A DNA stretch of 64,000 nucleotides from contig JAEUVE010000018.1 in assembly GCA_016786865.1 (NCBI GenBank), positions 124,947 to 188,946 on the forward strand, written 5' to 3'. A model generated the notes under the pieces. The model did not search any database. It was not told where the DNA came from and worked only from the letters and a program-made list of their open reading frames with translations. Shown here piece after piece: positions 8,762 to 18,226 of the stretch (within the stretch, counting starts at the first letter, position 1; every line of letters begins with the position of its first letter). The stretch is from Sediminibacterium sp. (GTDB taxonomy: Bacteria; Bacteroidota; Bacteroidia; Chitinophagales; Chitinophagaceae). Made by a program: the position numbers and the translations under genes.

Positions 8762-9334
8762 ATGAAAATACTTGTATTTGATAATTACGATTCTTTCACC
8801 TACAACCTGGTTCACCTGGTGAACAAAATCACGGGCAACAAAGTGGATGTTTTTCGCAATGATGAATTGCCGCTCGAAAAAGTAGCTGCATACGATAAAA
8901 TCATTTTGTCTCCCGGTCCGGGTATCCCTTCGGAAGCCGGTCTTATGCCGGAACTGATTCAGCAGTATGCTTCTTCCAAAAGCATATTGGGCGTTTGCCT
9001 GGGTCACCAGGCGATTGGTGAATCCTTTGGCGGAACCCTTGTGAATCTCTCTACGGTTTACCACGGTGTAGCCACGCCTGTTTATACCAATGATGCCGCA
9101 AAAAGCCCGCTGTTCAAGGGTTTGCCGGAAGAGTTTACTGTAGGACGCTATCACAGCTGGGTGGTAAGTAGAGATGGTTTTCCTGTAGAACTCGAGATCA
9201 CGGCACTTGATGCCAATGGATACATCATGGGACTGCAGCATAAAAAATATGATGTGCAGGGGGTACAGTTTCATCCTGAAAGTGTCTTGACGCCGGATGG
9301 AGAAACCATGCTGCGCAACTGGCTGAAAAGCTGA
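8762..9334 (+). CDS. trpG: Anthranilate synthase component II (glutamine amidotransferase)
   Basis: DNYDSFTYNL, SPGPG, LGVCLGHQ, RYHS, QFHPES. Confidence 0.96.
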   Translation: MKILVFDNYDSFTYNLVHLVNKITGNKVDVFRNDELPLEKVAAYDKIILSPGPGIPSEAGLMPELIQQYASSKSILGVCLGHQAIGESFGGTLVNLSTVYHGVATPVYTNDAAKSPLFKGLPEEFTVGRYHSWVVSRDGFPVELEITALDANGYIMGLQHKKYDVQGVQFHPESVLTPDGETMLRNWLKS

Positions 9335-9353
9335 TATAACCCTGAGCCTATAC

Positions 9354-9381
9354 GGCTGTGGGTTTTCACAGCCTTGTTTTT
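9354..9381 (+). terminator. Terminator-like hairpin inside the trp operon between trpG and trpD
   Basis: GGCTGTG/CACAGCC perfect 7-bp stem (9354-9373) followed by TTGTTTTT. Confidence 0.55.
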
Positions 9382-9402
9382 AAAACCTTTGATACAGAAA
9401 CC

Positions 9403-10395
9403 ATGAAAAAAATATTACAATACCTGTTCTCTCATAAAACACTTTCCAGAGAAAAAGCCCGGGAGGTCATGCTCAATATTTCTGCCGGTCAATACAACGA
9501 AGCAGAGATCGCTTCCTTTATTACTGTGTACCTGATGCGAAGCATCACCATTGATGAACTGCAGGGATTCTGCGACGGACTGCTCGAGCTTTCTGTTAAA
9601 GTGAAGCTGGAAGGTGGTAAACTTATGGATATCGTAGGTACGGGCGGAGATGGAAAAAACTCTTTTAATATCTCTACTCTGGCCTGTTTTATTGTTGCTG
9701 GCGCAGGACAAAAAGTAGCCAAGCATGGAAACTATGGGGCGTCTACCATCAGCGGTGCATCTAATGTGATGGAGCAATTGGGGTATAAATTCAAAAATGA
9801 TAATGCCGCATTGCAAAAGGAACTGGATGCTGCCAATATTTGTTTTTTGCATGCACCCCTGTTTCACCCCGCTCTCAAAGCTGCGGGACCTGTTCGGAAA
9901 AGTCTGGGGATCAGAACCTTCTTCAACATGATGGGTCCGATGATCAATCCTTCCAAGCCCGATTTTCAATTGGTAGGTGTATACAATCTGGAAATGGCCA
10001 GGATTTACAATTACCTGCTGCAGCAAACAGAAAGGGAATTCACTATCATCCACAGCCTGGATGGGTACGATGAAATTTCACTCACTAGTGATACCAAGGT
10101 AATCACCAATGCCGGCGAACAGATTTTAACTCCGGAACAGTTGGGCAAACGTCCTGTTCGTCCGGAAGACATTCATGGAGGTAATACGGTAGAAGAGGCG
10201 GCCAAAATATTTTTGCGTATTATTAAAGGGGAGGGCACCTGGGCGCAAAACGCCGTGGTGCTCGCAAATGCAGCAATGGCACTCCATTGTACCGGGGGGT
10301 ATTCCAGCTACAATGATGCCTATAAGGCAGCAGTAGAAAGCCTGGAAAGCGGACGTGCCTATGCCGGACTTCAAAAACTGATTGCATTGCAATAA
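9403..10395 (+). CDS. trpD: Anthranilate phosphoribosyltransferase
   Basis: DIVGTGGDGKNSFNIST, KHGNY, SGAS, LHAPLFHPA, RTFFNMMGP, DGYDEIS. Start taken at ATG 9403. Confidence 0.96.
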   Translation: MKKILQYLFSHKTLSREKAREVMLNISAGQYNEAEIASFITVYLMRSITIDELQGFCDGLLELSVKVKLEGGKLMDIVGTGGDGKNSFNISTLACFIVAGAGQKVAKHGNYGASTISGASNVMEQLGYKFKNDNAALQKELDAANICFLHAPLFHPALKAAGPVRKSLGIRTFFNMMGPMINPSKPDFQLVGVYNLEMARIYNYLLQQTEREFTIIHSLDGYDEISLTSDTKVITNAGEQILTPEQLGKRPVRPEDIHGGNTVEEAAKIFLRIIKGEGTWAQNAVVLANAAMALHCTGGYSSYNDAYKAAVESLESGRAYAGLQKLIALQ

Positions 10396-10406
10396 TTTAT
10401 TCGAAC

Positions 10407-11204
10407 ATGAACATACTGGACACCATTATAGCGGAAAAAAAGATTGAAGTAGCGGAGCGTCGGGCAATCCGTTCTGTGGAAGATTTGCAAAAAATGCCTC
10501 TGTTCAACAGGCCAATGCTTTCGCTGAAGCAGTCGCTGCTGGATCCTTCCAAAACAGGGATCATTGCAGAGTACAAACGAAAATCTCCCAGCAAGGGCAT
10601 CATCAATGCCAGCGCTACAGTGGAAGCAGTAACTGCTGCTTATACTGCAAACGGCGCTTCCGGGTTGTCTGTATTAACAGACGATCCATTCTTTGGCGGC
10701 AAGCTCGAAGATCTGGTTGCGGCCAGGGCAAATGAAATACCCATCCTGCGAAAGGATTTTATGATCAGCGAATACCAGCTGGCAGAAGCCAGGGCTTTTG
10801 GTGCAGATGTAATTCTGCTGATTGCCGCCTGTCTGAGCCCGATAGAAGTAAGGCAGTTGGCGGGAAAAGCCAAAGAACTGGAGCTGGAGGTATTACTAGA
10901 AATACACAATGAAGCAGAGCTGGAGCATATTTGCCCGGAAGTAGACCTGGTTGGGATCAACAATCGCAATCTGAAAGATTTTGAAGTAGACATCAATAAA
11001 TCCATGCAGTTGCTAAACATGTTGCCTGCCAATAAACCTGCTGTGGCAGAAAGTGGCATCCATTCTGTAGATACCATTGTAACTTTACAAAAGGCAGGAT
11101 TTAAAGGCTTCCTGATCGGGGAGCGTTTTATGAAAGCTTCTGACCCTTCGATTGCTTTTGCCGATTTTGTAACGCAATTAAAAGCAAAACAGGATGCGGG
11201 CTAA
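10407..11204 (+). CDS. trpC: Indole-3-glycerol-phosphate synthase
   Basis: IIAEYKRKSPSKG, SVLTD, LRKDF, LLEIH, GINNRNL, ESGI, LIGE. Confidence 0.96.
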   Translation: MNILDTIIAEKKIEVAERRAIRSVEDLQKMPLFNRPMLSLKQSLLDPSKTGIIAEYKRKSPSKGIINASATVEAVTAAYTANGASGLSVLTDDPFFGGKLEDLVAARANEIPILRKDFMISEYQLAEARAFGADVILLIAACLSPIEVRQLAGKAKELELEVLLEIHNEAELEHICPEVDLVGINNRNLKDFEVDINKSMQLLNMLPANKPAVAESGIHSVDTIVTLQKAGFKGFLIGERFMKASDPSIAFADFVTQLKAKQDAG

Positions 11205-11835
11205 AGTTTGTGGTTTAAACAGTGTGGAGCAGTTCATGCAGCTGGATGAAATGGGTGTGGAGTTTGGTGGATTTATCTTCTATCCCCAGAGTCCGAGGTA
11301 TGCCCTGAAACACATGCGGCCAGACGAGCTGAAAAGGGCCAAAGGATTGCACATCAATAAAGTAGGTGTGTTTGTAAATGAGCCGGTAGAAAATGTGTTG
11401 CGAATGGTGGATGAACTGGGGCTTTACCTGGTACAGTTGCATGGCGATGAAACACCCCGGTATTGCGAACGAATTGCCGATTATGTTTCTGTGATCAAAG
11501 CCTTCCGTTTGCGTAATGATGATGATGTGTTGTGGAAGGTCAAGGATTATTATGATGTGGCAGATATGTTTTTATTTGATACGGAAGGCGCAGGCTATGG
11601 AGGAACAGGAAAACAGTTCAACTGGGATATCCTGAAAGACCTTTCTATCAATAAACCGTTTTACCTGAGTGGCGGAATTGGGCCCAACGATCTGGCCATG
11701 CTGGAGCAGTTTGCGCAGGATCCCGTAGCCAAAGACCTGTTTGCCATAGATGTGAACAGTAAATTTGAAACGGCACCAGGTATTAAAAATATGGCGTTGC
11801 TGAAAAAATTTATAGAGGAGGTTAAAGCAATCTGA
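11194..11835 (+). CDS. trpF: Phosphoribosylanthranilate isomerase
   Basis: KVCGL, GFIFYPQSPR, VGVFVN, VQLHGDE, FLFDT, GGTG..F.W, LSGGI, DVNSKFE. Confidence 0.95.
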   Translation: MRAKVCGLNSVEQFMQLDEMGVEFGGFIFYPQSPRYALKHMRPDELKRAKGLHINKVGVFVNEPVENVLRMVDELGLYLVQLHGDETPRYCERIADYVSVIKAFRLRNDDDVLWKVKDYYDVADMFLFDTEGAGYGGTGKQFNWDILKDLSINKPFYLSGGIGPNDLAMLEQFAQDPVAKDLFAIDVNSKFETAPGIKNMALLKKFIEEVKAI

Positions 11836-12356
11836 TGAAACAACAAATGAAATGGGTGGTTCTTGCAGGATGGATGCTCCTGATGGGTTTGCAGACCAAG
11901 GCCCAGCAATTATCCGGCGTTTACCTAACAGAAAATGGCAGGGCAAGCTACCTGATTACGGTAGAACAGGTACAACTCCTGCTGAGCGATTCCGGAAAAT
12001 TGGCTGAGATCAGAACTGCATCATCCGGCAATGTTGTGTACAATATTGCCCGTCAGATAGAACAGATCGGCGATGTTAAAATCGGCCTGAATTACCAGGG
12101 TAAAATCAATCGGATAGGCAGTACTGCCATATTGTATGATTTCAACGGAAGAATAGACCGGATCGGGGAACTCAGCTTTCGGTACAATTACAATAATATG
12201 GTGGCTGCTGTTGGCAACCAGGCCATCCGCTACAACCCGGATCAAACCATCGATCAGTTCGACCGGTACCGGATTGTATACAATTACAACAAGCAAGTGC
12301 AGAAGATAGACGACAGTGGAGGACTGATTACCCTGCAATACATTTTTAACAAGTAG
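11835..12356 (+). CDS. Secreted hypothetical protein with six tandem 16-aa repeats
   Basis: Signal peptide ending TKA|QQ; start overlaps the trpF stop (TGATG); repeats span aa 67-162. Confidence 0.75.
   Translation: MKQQMKWVVLAGWMLLMGLQTKAQQLSGVYLTENGRASYLITVEQVQLLLSDSGKLAEIRTASSGNVVYNIARQIEQIGDVKIGLNYQGKINRIGSTAILYDFNGRIDRIGELSFRYNYNNMVAAVGNQAIRYNPDQTIDQFDRYRIVYNYNKQVQKIDDSGGLITLQYIFNK
12033..12320 (+). repeat. Six 16-aa protein repeats, consensus roughly (I/F)xYNYNG(R/K/Q)IxxIGxxx
   Basis: [16 protein letters not shown] / [16 protein letters not shown] / [16 protein letters not shown] / [16 protein letters not shown] / [16 protein letters not shown] / [16 protein letters not shown]. Confidence 0.8.
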
Positions 12357-12367
12357 AAAATCAAACA

Positions 12368-13552
12368 ATGAATTATCAACAACCCAGTGAACAAGGTTAT
12401 TACGGAAAATTTGGCGGTGCCTATATTCCGGAAATGCTGCATGCGAATGTAGAGGAGTTGAAGGAGCAGTATCTGCAAATTATGCATGAGCCTTCTTTTG
12501 CAGAAGAGTTCCGGCTGCTGCTGAAAGATTATGTTGGTCGTCCTACCCCTTTGTTTTTTGCTGAGCGCCTGAGCAACGAGCTGAATGCGCCTGTTTACCT
12601 GAAACGGGAAGATTTATGTCATACAGGTGCACACAAGATTAATAATACCATTGGCCAGATATTGCTTGCCCGTAAACTGGGTAAAACCCGGATCATTGCA
12701 GAAACCGGTGCCGGGCAGCATGGTGTAGCTACTGCAACCGTTTGTGCCCTGAAAGGTATGGAGTGTATTGTTTACATGGGCGAAAAAGACATTGAACGTC
12801 AGGCTCCGAATGTGGCCCGCATGAAAATGCTTGGCGCAACGGTAGTTCCTGCAACAAGTGGCAGTAAAACATTGAAGGATGCAACCAATGAAGCCATCCG
12901 CGACTGGATCAATCATCCGCAGAATACCCACTATATAATCGGAAGTGTGGTTGGGCCTCATCCTTATCCCGATATGGTAGCCCGTTTCCAGAGTGTGATC
13001 AGTGAGGAAATACGGATTCAGCTGAAAGAAAAAACCGGTAATGAACTGCCTACGCATGTGGTAGCCTGTGTGGGTGGGGGCAGCAATGCAGCCGGTGCAT
13101 TTTATCACTATCTGAACGAGCTGTCGGTACAGCTGGTTGCAGTAGAAGCTGCAGGACATGGGGTAAACAGTGGCATGAGTGCAGCCACAACACAGTTGGG
13201 TAAACCGGGAATCCTTCACGGAAGCAAAAGCCTGGTGATGCAGACTGCTGATGGTCAGGTGGTAGAACCCCACAGTATTTCAGCCGGTCTGGATTATCCT
13301 GGGGTAGGGCCGCTGCATGCCAACTTATTTGATTCGGGAAGAGGTACATTTTTAAGCGCAACCGACGATGAGGCATTGGAAGCAGCATTCCACCTCAGCA
13401 GAACAGAAGGTATTATTCCTGCACTGGAATCGGCGCATGCTTTGTCTGTATTGAGCAGGCTGAACCTTACCCCTTCGGACCGGGTGGTGGTATGTTTGAG
13501 CGGAAGGGGAGATAAGGACCTGGATACCTACATGAAAGCAATGAATAAATAA
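12368..13552 (+). CDS. trpB: Tryptophan synthase beta chain
   Basis: [68 protein letters not shown]. Confidence 0.98.
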   Translation: MNYQQPSEQGYYGKFGGAYIPEMLHANVEELKEQYLQIMHEPSFAEEFRLLLKDYVGRPTPLFFAERLSNELNAPVYLKREDLCHTGAHKINNTIGQILLARKLGKTRIIAETGAGQHGVATATVCALKGMECIVYMGEKDIERQAPNVARMKMLGATVVPATSGSKTLKDATNEAIRDWINHPQNTHYIIGSVVGPHPYPDMVARFQSVISEEIRIQLKEKTGNELPTHVVACVGGGSNAAGAFYHYLNELSVQLVAVEAAGHGVNSGMSAATTQLGKPGILHGSKSLVMQTADGQVVEPHSISAGLDYPGVGPLHANLFDSGRGTFLSATDDEALEAAFHLSRTEGIIPALESAHALSVLSRLNLTPSDRVVVCLSGRGDKDLDTYMKAMNK

Positions 13553-14344
13553 ATGATCATGAGCAGAATAAAGCAAATTTTCAGTTTAAAAAAACAGCGG
13601 GTACTCAATGTGTATTTCACAGCCGGATACCCTGCTTTAAATGATACCTTACCCATCATGCGTTCGCTGGCTGCCTCCGGTGCAGACCTGATCGAAATCG
13701 GAATGCCTTACAGCGATCCGCTTGCAGATGGCCCTGTAATTCAGGACAGCAGCAGTAAGGCTCTGGTCAATGGAATGACTATTCAAACCCTGTTTGATCA
13801 GCTGAAGGGATTTCGTTCAGAACCATTGCTGGCCAATGCCGGAGTGGTCTTGATGGGCTATATGAACCCTGTGTTGCAGTATGGGTTTGAAGCTTTTTGT
13901 GCAGCAGCTGCTGATGCAGGCGTGGATGGACTCATTCTTCCTGATTTGCCGGAATACGAATTTGAAAATGAATATGGAGCCATCGTAAAAAAATACGGAC
14001 TCGATTTTATCTTTCTGGTTACTCCGGAAACGACAGATACAAGGGTTTATCAGCTCGACCGCCTGAGTTCCGGTTTTTTGTATGCAGTCAGTTCTTCCGC
14101 TACAACCGGAGGAGAGAAGGATTTTGCTGCAGTTGAGTTGTATTTGCAAAAGTTGCAGCAAATGAAGCTGAACAATCCGGTGTTGGTTGGATTTGGTATT
14201 AAAGACCAGGCTACGTTTCATTCTGCCTGTAAATACAGCAACGGTGCTATCATTGGCAGTGCCTATATAAAAGCAATCACCGGGGCCTCCGATATTGCTG
14301 TTGCTACAAAAGCATTTCTGGAACCTATTCTACAAGTTAAATAG
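13553..14344 (+). CDS. trpA: Tryptophan synthase alpha chain
   Basis: YFTAGYP, IEIGMPYSDPLADGPVIQ, LMGYMNP, DGLILPDLP, VGFGI, IIGSA. Confidence 0.97.
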   Translation: MIMSRIKQIFSLKKQRVLNVYFTAGYPALNDTLPIMRSLAASGADLIEIGMPYSDPLADGPVIQDSSSKALVNGMTIQTLFDQLKGFRSEPLLANAGVVLMGYMNPVLQYGFEAFCAAAADAGVDGLILPDLPEYEFENEYGAIVKKYGLDFIFLVTPETTDTRVYQLDRLSSGFLYAVSSSATTGGEKDFAAVELYLQKLQQMKLNNPVLVGFGIKDQATFHSACKYSNGAIIGSAYIKAITGASDIAVATKAFLEPILQVK

Positions 14345-14350
14345 CGCAAA

Positions 14351-14944
14351 GTGAAACTGGTTATTATAAAATACAATGCAGGTAATATACAATCGGTCTT
14401 ATATGCACTGGAAAGAATTGGCGCCACGGCAGTGGTTACAGATGATATCGGGGAAATAGCTGCCGCAGATAAAGTGATCTTTCCGGGTGTAGGAGAAGCC
14501 AGTACTGCTATGGCTTATTTAAAGGAGCGGAACCTGGATCGGGTCATTACCGGTTTACAACAACCTGTGTTGGGGATTTGCCTCGGGATGCAGCTGATGT
14601 GCAGGTTCAGTGAAGAAAACCATACCAGCTGTTTGGGTATTTTTGATGAGGATGTAAAAGCCTTTACTGCATCAGCAGCTTCGACCATTAAAATACCGCA
14701 AATTGGCTGGAACAATATATTTGATCTGAAAACACCCTTGTTTAAAGGGGTGAATGAAAACAGCTATTGCTATTTTGTTCACGGTTATTATGCGGCATTG
14801 GGTGCACATACCATTGCGGCTACCGAATACGGAATTAAATACAGCTCGGCCCTGCACAGGGACAATTTTTACGGAACGCAGTTCCATCCCGAAAAAAGTG
14901 CAGGAGTCGGAGAACAGATTTTGAAAAATTTTATTGAATTGTAA
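14351..14944 (+). CDS. hisH: Imidazole glycerol phosphate synthase, glutaminase subunit
   Basis: GTG start 6 nt after the trpA stop; YNAGN..SV, IFPGVG, LGICLGMQ, PQIGWN, YFVHGY, QFHPEKS. Confidence 0.96.
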   Translation: MKLVIIKYNAGNIQSVLYALERIGATAVVTDDIGEIAAADKVIFPGVGEASTAMAYLKERNLDRVITGLQQPVLGICLGMQLMCRFSEENHTSCLGIFDEDVKAFTASAASTIKIPQIGWNNIFDLKTPLFKGVNENSYCYFVHGYYAALGAHTIAATEYGIKYSSALHRDNFYGTQFHPEKSAGVGEQILKNFIEL

Positions 14945-14953
14945 AAAGGCAGC

Positions 14954-15679
14954 ATGGAAATTATACCGGCAATAGATATCATCGATGGCAAATGTGTAAG
15001 GCTTACCCAGGGCGATTACAACCAAAAGAAAGTGTATAATGAAAACCCGCTGGAAGTAGCCAGGGCTTTTGAAGATGCGGGCATCAAACGGCTGCACCTG
15101 GTAGACCTCGATGGTGCTAAGGCCGGCGCAGTACAAAACTGGAAAGTGCTGGAATCCATTGCAGGGTTCACCAGGCTGACCATTGATTTTGGCGGAGGCA
15201 TTAAGAAAGAATCTGATCTCAAAATTGTTTTCAACTCCGGAGCAGCACTAGCCACGATCGGCAGTCTGGCCGTAAAGGATCCGGCCCTTTTTGCCGACTG
15301 GATCCTGGATTATGGTGGAGAACGTTTCTTTTTAGGAGCCGATGTGAAAGAAGAAAAGATTGCGGTAGGCGGTTGGCTCGAAACCACGGAATTGTCTGTA
15401 TTTGATTTTGTGGACGATTACATCCGCAAAGGGATCAGCCAGGTATTCTGTACCGATATCAGCAAAGACGGGAAGCTGGAAGGCCCTTCGCTGGAATTGT
15501 ACCGGGCACTGATTGGGCGTTTTCCCGACCTGCATTTTGTGGCCAGTGGCGGAGTGAGTAATATGGAAGATGTGCTTTCACTGAAAGCCATTGGATGTAA
15601 AGGAGTCATCATTGGTAAAGCCATTTACGAAGGAAGAATCACCATCGAAGAATTGAGTAAACTGAATCAGGCACTTTAA
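14954..15679 (+). CDS. hisA: ProFAR isomerase
   Basis: [55 protein letters not shown]. Confidence 0.97.
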   Translation: MEIIPAIDIIDGKCVRLTQGDYNQKKVYNENPLEVARAFEDAGIKRLHLVDLDGAKAGAVQNWKVLESIAGFTRLTIDFGGGIKKESDLKIVFNSGAALATIGSLAVKDPALFADWILDYGGERFFLGADVKEEKIAVGGWLETTELSVFDFVDDYIRKGISQVFCTDISKDGKLEGPSLELYRALIGRFPDLHFVASGGVSNMEDVLSLKAIGCKGVIIGKAIYEGRITIEELSKLNQAL

Positions 15680-15690
15680 AACAGATTATT

Positions 15691-16449
15691 TTGCTTACAA
15701 AAAGAATTATACCCTGTCTTGATATCAAAGACGGGCGCACGGTTAAAGGCGTCAATTTCGAAAACATCCGCGATGCGGGTGACCCGGTGGAACTGGGCGC
15801 ACTTTATGCAGCCCAGGGGGCCGATGAACTGGTATTCCTCGATATTACTGCTACCAACGAACGGCGTAAAACCCTTAGCGAATTGGTGAATAAGATTGCA
15901 CATCACATCAATATCCCGTTTACGGTTGGTGGTGGTATTGCTTCTGTGGAAGATGTGCGTGTTTTGTTGCAAAATGGCGCCGATAAAATTTCGGTGAATA
16001 CTTCGGCCTTTAAAAATCCGGGACTGATCAAAGAACTGGCCCTTGAGTTCGGCAGTCAGTGTGTAGTGCTGGCCATTGATACCAAAAAGGAAATCGATGG
16101 CAATTGGTATGTTTACCTGAACGGCGGCAGAATAAAAACAGATCGGCTTTGTTTCGACTGGGCAAAGGAAGCGGTGGAACTGGGCGCTGGTGAAATTCTG
16201 CTGACCTCCATGAACAACGATGGCACCAAACAGGGTTTTGCACTGGATATTACCCGTCAGCTATCAATGAACCTGCCTGTTCCGGTGATTGCTTCCGGTG
16301 GCGCTGGTACGATGGAACATTTCGCAGATGTGTTTGAACAGTCCGGTGCAGATGCGGCTCTGGCTGCGAGTATTTTTCACTTTAAGGAGATTGGCATTCC
16401 GGAACTGAAAACATTTCTTGCCCAAAAGGGCATCGCTATACGATTATAA
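15691..16449 (+). CDS. hisF: Imidazole glycerol phosphate synthase, cyclase subunit
   Basis: TTG start; [54 protein letters not shown]. Confidence 0.97.
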   Translation: MLTKRIIPCLDIKDGRTVKGVNFENIRDAGDPVELGALYAAQGADELVFLDITATNERRKTLSELVNKIAHHINIPFTVGGGIASVEDVRVLLQNGADKISVNTSAFKNPGLIKELALEFGSQCVVLAIDTKKEIDGNWYVYLNGGRIKTDRLCFDWAKEAVELGAGEILLTSMNNDGTKQGFALDITRQLSMNLPVPVIASGGAGTMEHFADVFEQSGADAALAASIFHFKEIGIPELKTFLAQKGIAIRL

Positions 16450-16477
16450 CCCAAATTTGTATTACAATAGCCTGAAT

Positions 16478-17074
16478 ATGAAAGTTGATTTTAAAAAATA
16501 CAGTGATGGCCTGGTTCCTGCTGTGATCCAGGATTATCAAACCCATAAAGTACTGATGCTGGGATTCATGAATGAGGAGGCGCTGGCCAAAACAACGGAA
16601 ACCGGAAAGGTCACTTTTTACAGCAGAAGCAAGCAGCGGCTTTGGACCAAGGGTGAGGAAAGCGGTCATTTTCTGGAACTGAAATCGATTGCTTCCGACT
16701 GTGATGATGATACCTTACTGATTAAAGTACACCCCATCGGACCAACCTGTCATACCGGCGCCGACACCTGCTGGAGCGAGCCCAATCACAGTGAGGATTT
16801 CCTGCTGTACCTTCAGGATATCATCAATCTGAGGAAGAAAGCTCCTGTAGAGGATTCTTATGTGGCCCGAATGTTCTCGAAAGGACTCAATAAGATTGCG
16901 CAAAAAGTGGGAGAGGAAGCTGTAGAAATGGTGATCGAAGCCAAAGACAATAATACAGAGCTGTTTCTGAACGAATCGGCCGACCTGCTTTTTCATTATT
17001 TGCTTTTACTTAACGCGAAAGGACATACATTAGCAGATGTTCTGGCGGTTCTTCAAAAACGTCATTCCAAATAA
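16478..17074 (+). CDS. hisIE: Bifunctional PR-AMP cyclohydrolase / PR-ATP pyrophosphatase
   Basis: GLVPAVIQD, YSRSKQRLWTKGEESG, DCDDDT, GPTCHTG, KVGEEAVE, ADLLFH. Start taken at ATG 16478. Confidence 0.96.
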   Translation: MKVDFKKYSDGLVPAVIQDYQTHKVLMLGFMNEEALAKTTETGKVTFYSRSKQRLWTKGEESGHFLELKSIASDCDDDTLLIKVHPIGPTCHTGADTCWSEPNHSEDFLLYLQDIINLRKKAPVEDSYVARMFSKGLNKIAQKVGEEAVEMVIEAKDNNTELFLNESADLLFHYLLLLNAKGHTLADVLAVLQKRHSK

Positions 17075-17076
17075 TT

Positions 17077-18156
17077 ATGCATAAGTTACTCATCGCTTTC
17101 TTTCTGCTCACCGGATTTACTGCTGCTGCGCAGGATGGTTTTGAAATACAGGGTATGTTGAAAAATACAAAGCCCAATACATTGGTATTCCTGATGAACG
17201 GAAGCGATGGAAAAACCATTGCCACCGATACCATACGCAATGGTGCTTTCTCTTTTAAGGGAAAACTGGCGGAGCCGGATATCTTCCAGATTGGTTTTAT
17301 TGGGTACAAAGAAGGAATCGATCTGTTCCTCGACAATAACCAGGTAACCATCAACGGAGATTTTAATGAACTCCGGAATGCAACCATCAACGGTTGCCCG
17401 GTACAGGACGACTATCAGCTGTTTAAATCCAGATTTAACCCTATCCGTGAATCATTGAACAGTCTTGCAGCACAGATCAGCCCTGAAAAGAATGTACAGA
17501 AGCGGGATTCCCTGATTCGTTTGTTCGAAACATCCAGAGGTAAGGTACTGGAAGAGGCCAATGCCTTCACCCTCGAAAAGAAAGCATCCCCGGTTAGTCC
17601 GTTTGTACTTTTTGTGATCAGTCCGTTGTTAACTGGTGTTCCTGAACTGGAGCAACGCTACAATGCACTGGAACAAGCGGCAAAAAAAGGAACCTTCTCC
17701 CGTATGCTGGAGAAAACCATCAGTGATGCCAAAGTGAATGGCATCGGAACAGCAGCACAGGAATTCAGCCAGAAAGACACTTCCGGTAAAATGGTTTCGC
17801 TTTCCTCTTTCAGGGGCAAATATGTTCTGGTCGATTTCTGGGCCAGCTGGTGTGGCCCCTGCAGGGCAGAAAATCCAAATGTGGTATCGGCCTATCAGCA
17901 GTATAAAAATAAGAACTTCACCGTATTGGGGGTTTCACTGGATCAGAGCAAATCCAGTTGGATGAATGCCATCCGTAAAGACAAGCTTACCTGGACCCAT
18001 GTAAGTGATCTTCAATACTGGAACAATGCGGTCGCAAGGCTGTACCGGGTGGAAAGTGTTCCGGCTAATTTTTTGATTGATCCCAATGGCATCATCATTG
18101 CCAAAGACCTTCGTGGAGAAGCCTTACACGAAACGCTGAAAAGATTGTTGAAATAG
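17077..18156 (+). CDS. Secreted TlpA/ResA-family disulfide reductase with N-terminal DUF4369-like domain
   Basis: Signal peptide; C-terminal thioredoxin fold LVDFWASWCGPCRAENP, VSLD, W..VSDL..W, P.NFLIDPNG; starts 2 nt after the hisIE stop. Confidence 0.88.
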   Translation: MHKLLIAFFLLTGFTAAAQDGFEIQGMLKNTKPNTLVFLMNGSDGKTIATDTIRNGAFSFKGKLAEPDIFQIGFIGYKEGIDLFLDNNQVTINGDFNELRNATINGCPVQDDYQLFKSRFNPIRESLNSLAAQISPEKNVQKRDSLIRLFETSRGKVLEEANAFTLEKKASPVSPFVLFVISPLLTGVPELEQRYNALEQAAKKGTFSRMLEKTISDAKVNGIGTAAQEFSQKDTSGKMVSLSSFRGKYVLVDFWASWCGPCRAENPNVVSAYQQYKNKNFTVLGVSLDQSKSSWMNAIRKDKLTWTHVSDLQYWNNAVARLYRVESVPANFLIDPNGIIIAKDLRGEALHETLKRLLK

Positions 18157-18180
18157 GCGTTAAACCGTCTATCCTTTTTT
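18153..18180 (+). terminator. Probable terminator of the trp-his-tlpA transcript
   Basis: ATAGGCG/CGTCTAT 7-bp stem (one G-U pair) followed by CC and T6. Confidence 0.5.
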
Positions 18181-18226
18181 GCGTCTCATTACAGTGGATT
18201 TTCTATTTTGTTCCTTCATAGCACGC

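Noticed and set aside
6677-14350. trp block as a mobile element inserted in the his operon
   Set aside because: No transposase, terminal inverted repeats or target-site duplication at either boundary; treated as an old rearrangement.
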